From positions 714 through 64,713 of the forward strand of contig JAGGVC010000056.1 of the NCBI GenBank assembly GCA_021158185.1: DNA of 64,000 nt, in the 5' to 3' direction. This document shows positions 20,988-29,284 of the stretch, piece by piece. The DNA is from a bacterium (GTDB lineage Bacteria > 4484-113 > JAGGVC01). A model generated the notes under the pieces. That model worked only from the letters and a program-made list of their open reading frames with translations, made no database searches and was not told the origin of the DNA. A program made the translations under genes and the position numbers. Every line of letters begins with the position of its first letter. The first letter of the stretch is position 1.

Positions 20988-20996
20988 TGCTAATAT
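20988..20996 (+). promoter_or_regulatory. Extended -10 promoter element (TGCTAATAT) for the sugar transferase gene
   Basis: Matches TGnTAATAT. It lies downstream of the 20851-20890 terminator and ~45 nt upstream of the ATG at 21042. Confidence 0.35.
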
Positions 20997-21041
20997 TGTA
21001 GGGCTACTGGTGGTGAATTATGTTAGCCCCGAGCGTGCAAT

Positions 21042-22559
21042 ATGACCGGTGATGGAACAAAGGACGAGATGAGCGTGCATCCAGCGTCGGAACAACAGGA
21101 AGCCGCTGCTTCCAGCGCGCTTGACGCATCGGGTGATGCGGATATTTCGAGCGGGACAGACGGCTCCGGTTCCCCGATGACAAACGCAGATGAGCATCTG
21201 CCGTTATCCTGGCTGCATCTTATCGGGGAGTTGCTGATCATCATCGGTGCATTCGCACTCGCCCATTTTATCCGCTACACGAGTGGAATTCTGCCTGCAC
21301 CCACCGAGTTCATCCCACTCTCGCAATATATGGTTATGGGCGTGATCGTCGCGCCACTCTGGATTCTGCTTCATCTCGGTCATGGCCTTTACTTCCAGAA
21401 GATCGCGGGCACTGCCAGCGAGGAGATCGGCGCGCTCGTGAACGCTCAGGTGCAGGGCTTCCTCCTGCTAATTCTGATGAGCTTTTTCATAAGAAACTTT
21501 CCATCGAGCCGGCTGACTTTGATATTGATTCTCGTTTCGGCATTAGCGGGTTGTCTAGTTTTCAGGTTGATCCTTCGAGCAGGACGCACCTTTTTGCTCA
21601 GACGCGGAATAGGCATACGCCCGTTGATCGTCATAGGTGACAGCCCTCTCGGTGCTCTTCTGATCAGGCGCATCGAAAAGAACACGGCTCTTGGACTGAA
21701 GGTCCGGGAGCGCGTTGCGCTTTTAGACGTGCCTTGCGGCAATGTTTCTGCCATCATCCGTCACCTCCTTTCTGATTCGCCTGAGATACCTGCCGTGCTT
21801 ATCGCGGGCAACATCCCGGAAGACTGCGTGTCCGAAGTGATCGTCGAATGCCATCGGGCTGGTGTGGAGTGTATCCTCCCGTCCGAGAGGAGCGCAGCAG
21901 CAGGACTTCCGACCGATGCAAGGATGATGGAAGGAGTCCCGGTGCTCAAGCTGACAGCCGCGGGCGAACTTGCATGGATAAGGTTCAAGAAGCGCGTGTT
22001 CGATCTCTTCATCGTCATCCTCGTTTCTCCGCTCTGGTTTCCCGTGATGGTTCTGATTGCTCTGCTCTCTATCATCCTGCAGGGCTTGCCCGTCCTTTTC
22101 AAGCACAAGCGGCTTGGCCGTGCAGGGCGTGAGATTGTGACCCACAAATTCAGGACGATGGTTAGGAATGCACACCTGATAAGCCTGCCCGATGATTTCG
22201 ACGAGAAGTACAAGAGCAAGGACGACCCGCGGGTGACGAAGTGGGGACGGATGCTCCGCAAGCTGAGCCTTGACGAACTTCCACAGGTGCTTGACATTCT
22301 CAGCGGAAACATAAGCCTGGTCGGCCCGCGGCCGATCGTGAAAGACGAGTTGAGCCGGTACGGAGCTTGGGCGGAGCTTTTGCTCAGCGTTCCACCGGGA
22401 CTTACAGGACTCTGGCAGGTGAGCGGGCGGAGCGACCTTTCGTACGAGCAACGGGTTGAGCTTGACACATATTACATACACAACTGGTCGCTCGCACTCG
22501 ACATTCGGATCTTAATGCAAACGATCCCAGCCGTGCTATTGAGGAAGGGCGCATATTAG
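21042..22559 (+). CDS. Exopolysaccharide polyprenyl glycosylphosphotransferase (WbaP-type bacterial sugar transferase)
   Basis: C-terminal domain KRVFDLFIVILVSPLWFPVMVLIALL...HKFRTM...DELPQVLDILSGNISLVGPRP...PGLTGLWQVSGRSDL. N-terminal TM helices. The true start may be an internal Met. Confidence 0.9.
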   Translation: MTGDGTKDEMSVHPASEQQEAAASSALDASGDADISSGTDGSGSPMTNADEHLPLSWLHLIGELLIIIGAFALAHFIRYTSGILPAPTEFIPLSQYMVMGVIVAPLWILLHLGHGLYFQKIAGTASEEIGALVNAQVQGFLLLILMSFFIRNFPSSRLTLILILVSALAGCLVFRLILRAGRTFLLRRGIGIRPLIVIGDSPLGALLIRRIEKNTALGLKVRERVALLDVPCGNVSAIIRHLLSDSPEIPAVLIAGNIPEDCVSEVIVECHRAGVECILPSERSAAAGLPTDARMMEGVPVLKLTAAGELAWIRFKKRVFDLFIVILVSPLWFPVMVLIALLSIILQGLPVLFKHKRLGRAGREIVTHKFRTMVRNAHLISLPDDFDEKYKSKDDPRVTKWGRMLRKLSLDELPQVLDILSGNISLVGPRPIVKDELSRYGAWAELLLSVPPGLTGLWQVSGRSDLSYEQRVELDTYYIHNWSLALDIRILMQTIPAVLLRKGAY

Positions 22560-22606
22560 GCGCGCGCGTGGACTCAATTGATGTAGGAATTAAACGGTGC
22601 TTTGAC

Positions 22607-22636
22607 AAAAAAAAGGGTCCTCCCGCACGAGGACCC
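22607..22636 (-). terminator. Rho-independent terminator downstream of the LarA-like gene
   Basis: Minus strand reads GGGTCCTC-GTGCGG-GAGGACCC followed by TTTTTTTT. Confidence 0.7.
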
Positions 22637-22790
22637 TCAGGGGGTGATACAGTTTAAAAGGGATTTCCCATGAGAATTTATCCTGCCCGTATCCACATTT
22701 CAAGGCCGGTAACAAACACATACAGTGTTTTACGTTTTTTCACAATCGCGATTAACAGGCAGTTATCGGAAAAATGAGCGGACTGCCGAC

Positions 22791-24230
22791 CTATCCACCG
22801 AATATTTCCTTGGCAAGGTCGCTTCTGTCGTCGTCATCCGGTGGCGGCTTGCCGGTCTCCCCATCTGCATCCTCTTCATCGCCAGTTCCGAAGTAGGCTT
22901 CCATTTCCTTCGATGTGATGCCGACCCGCTCCGTTACGCCTATGGGCGTAGTCAGGCTTGCATGAGGCATTATCGTTACGGGTGGGAACGGCGGCCTGAG
23001 TTTTGAAAACACTTCGCCGAGCGCCTGGGAAACGCTCTTTGCGGGCGTCATCCCCCAGGTGGTCACATCGGACTCGGCAAGCGAGCTTATAAGGAATATC
23101 CTGTGCTGCTCGGTGCGCTTTCTGAGCGACAGTACGAGGTGGCCAATCGGCGAGTAGTTGTGCGTGAGTTTCATCCTGATATCATCACTCGCTTTGAGCG
23201 CCTTCCACGACTCGAAGCCCGGATGTCCCATCCCTTCACCGCACTCGGCAAGCAGGATGAGCGTCCCGCCGCCGGGATTCAGGATGTTCGTCGCGTTGAC
23301 GAGCGATTTATGCACTTGGTAGAAGTTGATGTCACGCGGCGATCCCCCCGCGCTTGCGATCACGATTTCGGCGTGTTTTATTTCCTCATCATCAACAACG
23401 AAGCCGAAGTGGTTTTCGACGAACTGGCAGCCGAGCCTGTGCGCATAGCTGAAATCGCCCGCGAAAACGCCCGAAAGCTCGCCATCGGGGTTGAGCACGA
23501 CGTCCATCAGGAAATCCGGGCGAAGCTCGCTCGCGGCATCGAGCATATCCTCGTGCACCGGATTGCCGAGCAGGCTTCCGGGCTTTACGCGCTCGTGGAA
23601 ATCGCCCGTCGCCCGATCTATCGTGAGCGAGTGGTTCTGGATGATGCTTTCGTTCGCTGCGACGCCGGGGAAAAGCATCTTTCGCCCGCCGGTGAACCCT
23701 GCGAAGTAGTGGTATGTGATGCTTCCGGCGAGGATGATGAAATCGGCGGTTGCGGCGATGGGATTATAGTAGAGGATCGTGCCCCGCTCGGTTCGGCCGG
23801 CGCGCCGCATCTTATCCGGGTTCGAGCCGTCGTGCTGCTCGATCTTGAACTTTTTTACGATCTCGCTTCCGAGATGCTCCTTGAGCTCGCCCGCGGACAT
23901 TTTCCTGTGTGTCCCGAGCGCGATCAGGATCGTCACGTCCCTCGGGTTCACTCCTCCGCGACCTACCATCTCTTCGAAGAGGATGGGCAGCGTGAGAGGG
24001 TAAAGGCACTTGCGCGTGTTGTCGCTCACGATAAGGCATATCTTCTTTTTACCGCGCACGGCCTCGGCAAGCCGCCTCGCTCCAATGGGATTCCTAAGCG
24101 TGCGCAGGATTTCGTTGCGCGGGTTTTCGAGCTTGAAAAGCGATCGCGGCCTGATCTCCACGGTGTCGATCCCGGCAGGAATCGAAACCGCCTTTATCCC
24201 GTCCCCGTATCTCAGCTCAAATTCCGGCAT
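22791..24230 (-). CDS. LarA-like nickel-pincer-dependent racemase/epimerase family protein (DUF2088)
   Basis: MPEFELRYGDGIKAVSIP..., LIVSDNTRK, ALGTHRKM, and ITYHYFAGFTGGRKMLFPG match LarA N-terminal domain signatures. Confidence 0.8.
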   Translation of the reverse strand: MPEFELRYGDGIKAVSIPAGIDTVEIRPRSLFKLENPRNEILRTLRNPIGARRLAEAVRGKKKICLIVSDNTRKCLYPLTLPILFEEMVGRGGVNPRDVTILIALGTHRKMSAGELKEHLGSEIVKKFKIEQHDGSNPDKMRRAGRTERGTILYYNPIAATADFIILAGSITYHYFAGFTGGRKMLFPGVAANESIIQNHSLTIDRATGDFHERVKPGSLLGNPVHEDMLDAASELRPDFLMDVVLNPDGELSGVFAGDFSYAHRLGCQFVENHFGFVVDDEEIKHAEIVIASAGGSPRDINFYQVHKSLVNATNILNPGGGTLILLAECGEGMGHPGFESWKALKASDDIRMKLTHNYSPIGHLVLSLRKRTEQHRIFLISSLAESDVTTWGMTPAKSVSQALGEVFSKLRPPFPPVTIMPHASLTTPIGVTERVGITSKEMEAYFGTGDEEDADGETGKPPPDDDDRSDLAKEIFGG

Positions 24231-24240
24231 ACGACTATAT

Positions 24241-24550
24241 TACACGATGAAGGGGGAATATGGGGGGACAGGAAGTAGGGCGCGGGTTTTATACCCGCCC
24301 ACCGATGAATAATATGTAACGGCGCGGATTGCCCGACGTAGGGGCTTCTGGCAGAAGCCCGTCTTTGAAGAACATGTCTGAAAAACATGTAATGGCCGTT
24401 TTCCGTGATTGACGAAAAAAACCGCGTCGTGGAGCCGAGGCTTCAGCCTCGGAATGCCTGTCTTCGCATGTAGCACAGGCTTCCAGCAAGGAACACGAGC
24501 GTCTCGCTTGTGAACATTAAACACGCTGACGAGACGTCCGTGCTACGTTG
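24241..24550. repeat. Intergenic repeat family, copy A (short purine tract + 5' module + variable hairpins + conserved 3' module)
   Basis: Collinear with 41640-41953. The 5' module GGGCGCGGGTTTTATACCCGCCC..GATGAATAATATGTAACGGCG and the 3' module at 24461-24550 are about 90% identical by eye to 41863-41953. Confidence 0.8.
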
Positions 24551-24597
24551 GCCGTTACACTTTCACACCAAAATGACACCTTCCCGCCGGTGGTACA

Positions 24598-24789
24598 ATG
24601 TTATCCGATGTTATTATCCCGCGAACGCTGATCGGCTTGTTTCTGGAGACGGTTTACAACCGAAAACGTCTGCATTCTGCGCTAGGATATGTCCCTCCTG
24701 CCGAATTTGAGGTATCATTGTTGCGCTCGAAAGACACGACCCTAAATCAGGGGAAAGGTTTCCAGTCTGAGGGGTGCAGTGTATTATGA
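24598..24789 (+). pseudogene. C-terminal remnant of an IS3-family transposase (integrase-domain tail)
   Basis: LIGLFLETVYNRKRLHSALGYVPPAEFE matches the conserved C-terminal tail of IS3 OrfB proteins. The upstream ~250 aa of the domain are absent. Confidence 0.65.
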
Positions 24790-25238
24790 AGTTCCGGTAT
24801 AGCTTCATTATCAGCTTCATTACAATTCTCATAATTGTATATTATGTTACATATCACATTATTATTCATATTATAGACCATATTCATGGTCTTGAGGCTA
24901 TATGCTGGTTGTCGGTAGTATGTTTTTTGATGGGATTATTGTATGGGTCGTATCTTGCATATGTATTACGCGGGTACAGCAAGATACGCATTGTCCTTGC
25001 TTCATTGATTGTAGGGATAGCATATGCATTGGCAAGTCCGTTTATATTCTTTGCAGTAGCCCAAGTTCTTGCATTAACATTGTTTAGTGAAGTGGAATAC
25101 CTTTCTTATTTCGAGTTATGGTTCGGTCTTACGGGCTTACTAAACTGGCGTAATCCATATTTGGTTTTTTCACCCATTGTGTTAACGGAGGTTTTGGTGC
25201 TGCGAGAAATTGTTAAAGAATTGTGTAAACGAAGGTGA
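24786..25238 (+). CDS. Hypothetical small membrane protein encoded in a low-GC islet
   Basis: Markedly AT-rich relative to its flanks. Four hydrophobic helices. GAGGGG lies upstream of the ATG at 24786 (track start GTG 24774). Confidence 0.5.
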   Translation: MKFRYSFIISFITILIIVYYVTYHIIIHIIDHIHGLEAICWLSVVCFLMGLLYGSYLAYVLRGYSKIRIVLASLIVGIAYALASPFIFFAVAQVLALTLFSEVEYLSYFELWFGLTGLLNWRNPYLVFSPIVLTEVLVLREIVKELCKRR

Positions 25239-25274
25239 TTATGCTTTTGGTACAAGAATAAATAAATGAAGAAA

Positions 25275-25400
25275 ATGGGAAGCTTCCAGTTCGATCACAC
25301 GTACGATTCGGCGGGTAACCGGACGGCGCTTGCGATATATGCAGGGGAGATACACCTTCATTTTTCTGATAGGTTGCTGCTTGCCCCCGCTGCGAATTGA
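25275..25400 (+). pseudogene. Possible YD/RHS-repeat remnant
   Basis: The 41-codon ORF MGSFQFDHTYDSAGNRTALAIYAG... contains one YD-repeat-like unit (YDxxGNRT). It is too short to be a functional gene. Confidence 0.3.
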
Positions 25401-25774
25401 TCGTCTATCGTCCGCAAAAATATCATTGCCCGTCCGCGATAACATCTTTGCCGCCTTCTCCCCCCTCTGCAACGTTACCGCAGATCCAATCCCGCTAAGT
25501 GCGAGCTGCCTCAAGGTTCATATATGATAATATTGCTATCAAATTATCTTACCAATATAGCCTTATATTTTTTCTGTTCTCGGCTTGATTTTCGTGACAA
25601 GATTCGATTTTCGAGGTATATTCAGATAGTCGGGGAAATGTTCGGGTCGATGCGGGTATGTGAACGGCTTGCCAAGCTGACAAGTGCTGTAGTAGACTGG
25701 AATCTGATTGTTGCGGCTGTTTCGACGCAGATTTGGTGCCGAGAGGCAGCCGCCGTCGAGGGATGTGAATATAA

Positions 25775-28204
25775 TTGGAGAAGATCAAGTTTGAGCTTTT
25801 TACGGAGAAAGCGCGCTCCGCGATGGAGACCGCGCAGGACGTGCTCGGCTGGCTCAAGCAGTCACAGCTTGACACCGAGCATCTGCTGTATGGAATAACG
25901 TTCGTGGACGGCTCGATTATGGACGCCGTTTTCGGCTCCGCCGGGATAGATTCGAAGAAGGCGCGCGAAAAGATACGCGAGCTTGTGGTTCGAAGCCAGG
26001 TTCTCGACGATACGGGCGGCGGCGGGACGGCGCAGATTTACCTTACCCGTGATGCAGCAGCCGCTCTTTCGAATGCTGAAGACGAGATGGATGCTCTCGG
26101 CGACAAGTTCATCGGGACGGAGCATATTCTGCTGGCGATTCTAAAAAGGCTTGAATCGCGGGCGTACGCTCTCCTGCGGAATCTGGGGCTAGATCGTGAA
26201 AAGGTGCTTCAGGCATTGAAGGAACTTCGGGGGAGTTTTGCTCTCGACTCGGAATCCGGCGAGGATAAATACAGATCGCTCGATCGTTTTACGACCGATT
26301 TGACCGAGCGCGCGCGGCAGGGGCGGATCGATCCGATCATCGGGCGCGATGTGGAGATAGACCGCGCGGTGCAGATTCTCGCGCGCAGGAACAAGAATAA
26401 CCCCGTGCTCATCGGCGAGCCGGGCGTGGGCAAAACGGCGATTGCGGAAGGGCTTGCGCTGAGGATTTCAGAGGGCGGGGTGCCGGACGTAATACGCGAC
26501 AAGCGCATCCTTGCGCTCGACCTTGCGGCGATGATTGCCGGAAGCAAGTTTCGCGGCGAATTCGAGGACAGGCTCAAAGCTGTGCTGGATGAGCTCAAGG
26601 GTGCAAAGCGCGGGATTGTTCTTTTTATAGACGAGCTTCACACCGTGGTCGGCGCGGGTGCGGCGGAAGGCGCGATGGACGCGTCGAACATTCTCAAGCC
26701 TGCGCTTGCACGCGGCGATCTTCAGTGCATCGGCGCAACGACGCTCAAGGAGTACCGCAAGTATATCGAGAAGGATGCGGCGCTGGAGCGCAGGTTTCAG
26801 CCGATTATTGTGAGCGAGCCGTCGCCTGACGAGGCAAGGGAAATCTTGAGGGGGCTGCGCGAGAAGTACGAGGAGCATCACAAGATCGAGATTTCTAACG
26901 AAGCGATAGATGCCGCGGTCGACCTTTCGGTGCGCTACATAAGCGGGCGATTTCTGCCTGATAAGGCGATCGACCTCATTGACGAGGCGGCGGCGCGTGT
27001 GCGGATCGACAGCATGGGCGCGGGATCGAAGCTGAAGGAGCTCGAAGCCATAATCGAGCGCTTGAACCAGGAATCGCGCGAGGCGACGGTTGCGGGCGAG
27101 TACGAACGTGCGGCGGAGCTGCGGCAGAAGGTGCTTACACTCGAAGGCGAGCTTGCGCAGGAGCGCGAGCGCGTGGAGAGCGAGGAGGCGGATAACGTCG
27201 TCAACGCGGACGATATTGCGCTAGTGGTGGCGCAGTGGAGCGGAGTTCCGGTGGACAAGATGAGCACGGTCGAAACCGAGCGTTACCTCACGATGGAGGA
27301 TGTGCTTCACGAGAAACTGATCGGCCAGGATCAGGCGGTGACTGCGGTAAGCGAGACGATCAGACGAGCGAAGGCCGGGCTTGCCGATCCGAAGCGGCCG
27401 CTCGGAAGTTTCCTGTTCTGCGGACCGACGGGAGTGGGCAAGACCGAGCTTGTCAAGGTGCTGGCGGAATTCCTGTTCCAGAATCGCGATGCCGTGGTGC
27501 GGATAGATATGAGCGAGTACGGCGAGAAGTTTTCGACAACAAGGCTCGTGGGTGCGCCGCCGGGCTACGTCGGGTACGAGGAAGGCGGGCAGCTTACCGA
27601 GGCCGTGCGCAGAAGGCCGTTCAGCATTTTGCTCCTCGACGAAATCGAGAAGGCGCATCCGGACGTGTGGAACGTGCTCTTGCAGGTGCTCGACGACGGG
27701 CGGCTGACGGATGCGAAGGGCGTCACCGTGGATTTCAAGAACACGGTGATCGTGATGACATCGAACATCGCGAGCGGCGAGATTGCGGAGCTTACGGCGG
27801 ACAAGACCGAGGCGCAGCTCGAAGAAGGTTATCCGGTGCTGAGAAGCCGCGTGATGGAAAGGCTCAAGGATTATTTCAAGCCGGAGCTTCTGAACCGCAT
27901 CGACGAAATCGTCGTGTTCCACACACTCACGCGGGCGCAGGCTGCGGACATTGCACGGCTTCAGATGGCGGAGCTTGCGGAAAGGCTCGACGAGCAAGGG
28001 ATGAAGCTCGAAGTGACGGACGCTGCTTACGAGCACCTCGCGGAGGCGGGATACGACACGACGTTCGGTGCGAGACCGATGCGGCGCGCTATCCAGCGCG
28101 AGGTCGCAAACCCGATTGCAGGCAAGGTAATCGCAGGCGAAATCGAGAAGGGCGATACAGTTCGCGTGGACGCGGAAAAGCGCGGGATTGTCATATCCAA
28201 ATAG
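25775..28204 (+). CDS. clpC: ATP-dependent Clp protease ATP-binding subunit ClpC (class I AAA+)
   Basis: Clp_N segment FTEKARSAMETAQ. Two Walker A motifs, GEPGVGKTA and GPTGVGKTE. A UVR-like motif YERAAELRQKV sits between the AAA modules. The 809-aa length fits ClpC rather than ClpB. Confidence 0.9.
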   Translation: MEKIKFELFTEKARSAMETAQDVLGWLKQSQLDTEHLLYGITFVDGSIMDAVFGSAGIDSKKAREKIRELVVRSQVLDDTGGGGTAQIYLTRDAAAALSNAEDEMDALGDKFIGTEHILLAILKRLESRAYALLRNLGLDREKVLQALKELRGSFALDSESGEDKYRSLDRFTTDLTERARQGRIDPIIGRDVEIDRAVQILARRNKNNPVLIGEPGVGKTAIAEGLALRISEGGVPDVIRDKRILALDLAAMIAGSKFRGEFEDRLKAVLDELKGAKRGIVLFIDELHTVVGAGAAEGAMDASNILKPALARGDLQCIGATTLKEYRKYIEKDAALERRFQPIIVSEPSPDEAREILRGLREKYEEHHKIEISNEAIDAAVDLSVRYISGRFLPDKAIDLIDEAAARVRIDSMGAGSKLKELEAIIERLNQESREATVAGEYERAAELRQKVLTLEGELAQERERVESEEADNVVNADDIALVVAQWSGVPVDKMSTVETERYLTMEDVLHEKLIGQDQAVTAVSETIRRAKAGLADPKRPLGSFLFCGPTGVGKTELVKVLAEFLFQNRDAVVRIDMSEYGEKFSTTRLVGAPPGYVGYEEGGQLTEAVRRRPFSILLLDEIEKAHPDVWNVLLQVLDDGRLTDAKGVTVDFKNTVIVMTSNIASGEIAELTADKTEAQLEEGYPVLRSRVMERLKDYFKPELLNRIDEIVVFHTLTRAQAADIARLQMAELAERLDEQGMKLEVTDAAYEHLAEAGYDTTFGARPMRRAIQREVANPIAGKVIAGEIEKGDTVRVDAEKRGIVISK

Positions 28205-28292
28205 GATGCGATCTTTAGTGGGATCGTCAGATTTCGTTATTCAAGAGATTCCTGTTTGAGCAGCCGATGCATTCGCGGAATCGTGCAGGCGG

Positions 28293-28490
28293 TGAAATAT
28301 TTCAAAAGCTGCTAATGGGCAAACGCGGATTAAGGGATAGGAAAGGGAGCGCGAGGTGGATGAAGGGAAAGTGAATGCGGGAATGAGCGGAGGAGGAATG
28401 GGCGGCGAGCGGGATGGAATGAGGGACAGGAAAAAATGGCGGGCGATGATGGCTTTTCAGCATCTATAGCTCGGATTCCGCGGATGGCTC
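28293..28490. repeat. Intergenic repeat family, 5'-partial copy (palindrome TGAAATATTTCA + GGA-dense purine tract)
   Basis: TGAAATATTTCAAAAGCTGC here matches TGAAATATTTCACAAGCGGC at 41545. Shared strings are GAAAGGGAGCG, GGCAAACG and CGGATTC.GCGG. The 3' module is absent. Confidence 0.6.
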
Positions 28491-28499
28491 TATGCACGG

Positions 28500-28528
28500 T
28501 TGACGTTGAGGCTTTGAGCGCATAAACT
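28500..28528 (+). promoter_or_regulatory. Sigma70-type promoter for purN (near-leaderless transcript predicted)
   Basis: TTGACG-17 nt-TAAACT. The -10 ends 9 nt before the ATG at 28538, and no SD lies between them. Confidence 0.45.
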
Positions 28529-28537
28529 GGCCGTGTC

Positions 28538-29203
28538 ATGGCGAAGCGCGAAACCAAGCCGATCAATCTTGCGGTGCTTCTGAGCGGAAGCGGAACTACG
28601 CTTGAGAATTTCATAAAACACATCGATGCAGGCAAGCTCGATGCAAAGATTCAGGTAGTCGTTTCATCCAGGCCGAAGGTGCGCGGGCTTGAGATCGCGC
28701 GAGACGCCGGAATCGAAACACGCATCGTCAGCAGAAAGAAAAACCCCGACGAACGCGAATTCAGCCGGAAGATCGATGACGCGTTGAACGGGTTTCCTAT
28801 TGACCTTATATGCTTCGCCGGGTTTATGAGCAAATACTTCGCTCACGACAGGTACTTCGGCAAGATCATCAATATCCATCCCGCCCTCATCCCGATGTTC
28901 TGCGGGGAAGGCTACTACGGACACTATGTCCACGAGTCCGTGCTCAACCGCGGCGTACAGGTGTCGGGCTGCACCGTTCACATCGTCGATGATGAATACG
29001 ACCACGGGCCGATCGTCGCCCAGCGGGTGGTGCCGGTCCTCGAAGACGACACTCCCGACACGCTTGCCGCCCGCGTCCAGGCCGAGGAGAGACGGCTCTA
29101 CCCCCAGGTCATTCAGTGGTTCGCGGAAGGGCGTGTGCGCGTAAAGTGCGGCAAGGTTTATATCGAGGGACGCTCCCGAAGCAGCATTATGCCGGAGAAA
29201 TAG
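28538..29203 (+). CDS. purN: Phosphoribosylglycinamide formyltransferase
   Basis: INLAVLLSGSGTTLENFI, INIHPALIP, and SGCTVHIVDDEYDHGPIVAQ. Confidence 0.9.
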   Translation: MAKRETKPINLAVLLSGSGTTLENFIKHIDAGKLDAKIQVVVSSRPKVRGLEIARDAGIETRIVSRKKNPDEREFSRKIDDALNGFPIDLICFAGFMSKYFAHDRYFGKIINIHPALIPMFCGEGYYGHYVHESVLNRGVQVSGCTVHIVDDEYDHGPIVAQRVVPVLEDDTPDTLAARVQAEERRLYPQVIQWFAEGRVRVKCGKVYIEGRSRSSIMPEK

Positions 29204-29284
29204 AGAAACATGGAGATGTTTCGGCTCGCGCGCGCAGTTAAAATGGTTTATGGCCGCGCGACTGCTTGACAGTAGAACGGAAAG

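Noticed and set aside
22636-22650. Exact 15-mer CTCAGGGGGTGATAC shared with 20564-20578
   Set aside because: Several chance 15-mer matches are expected among all position pairs on both strands of a 64-kb window. There is no extended similarity on either side.
23103-24278. 391-aa plus-strand ORF antisense to the LarA-like gene
   Set aside because: The minus-strand product has clear LarA family motifs. The plus-strand product has none and shows an Arg-rich shadow composition. The same reasoning applies to 21723..22481, 27221..28036, 27235..28218, 36141..37172, 42416..43453, 44525..45316 and 45462..46364.
24521-24540. Hammerhead-like CUGACGAG core in repeat copy A
   Set aside because: The corresponding segment in copy B reads CAGACGGG. 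This breaks the invariant CUGANGA core, and no GAAA/cleavage-site arrangement could be drawn.
25770-25775. Perfect TATAAT immediately before clpC
   Set aside because: It overlaps the TTG start codon (25775). The conserved Clp_N segment FTEKAR begins only 9 codons later, so a transcript starting downstream of this hexamer could not encode the protein.
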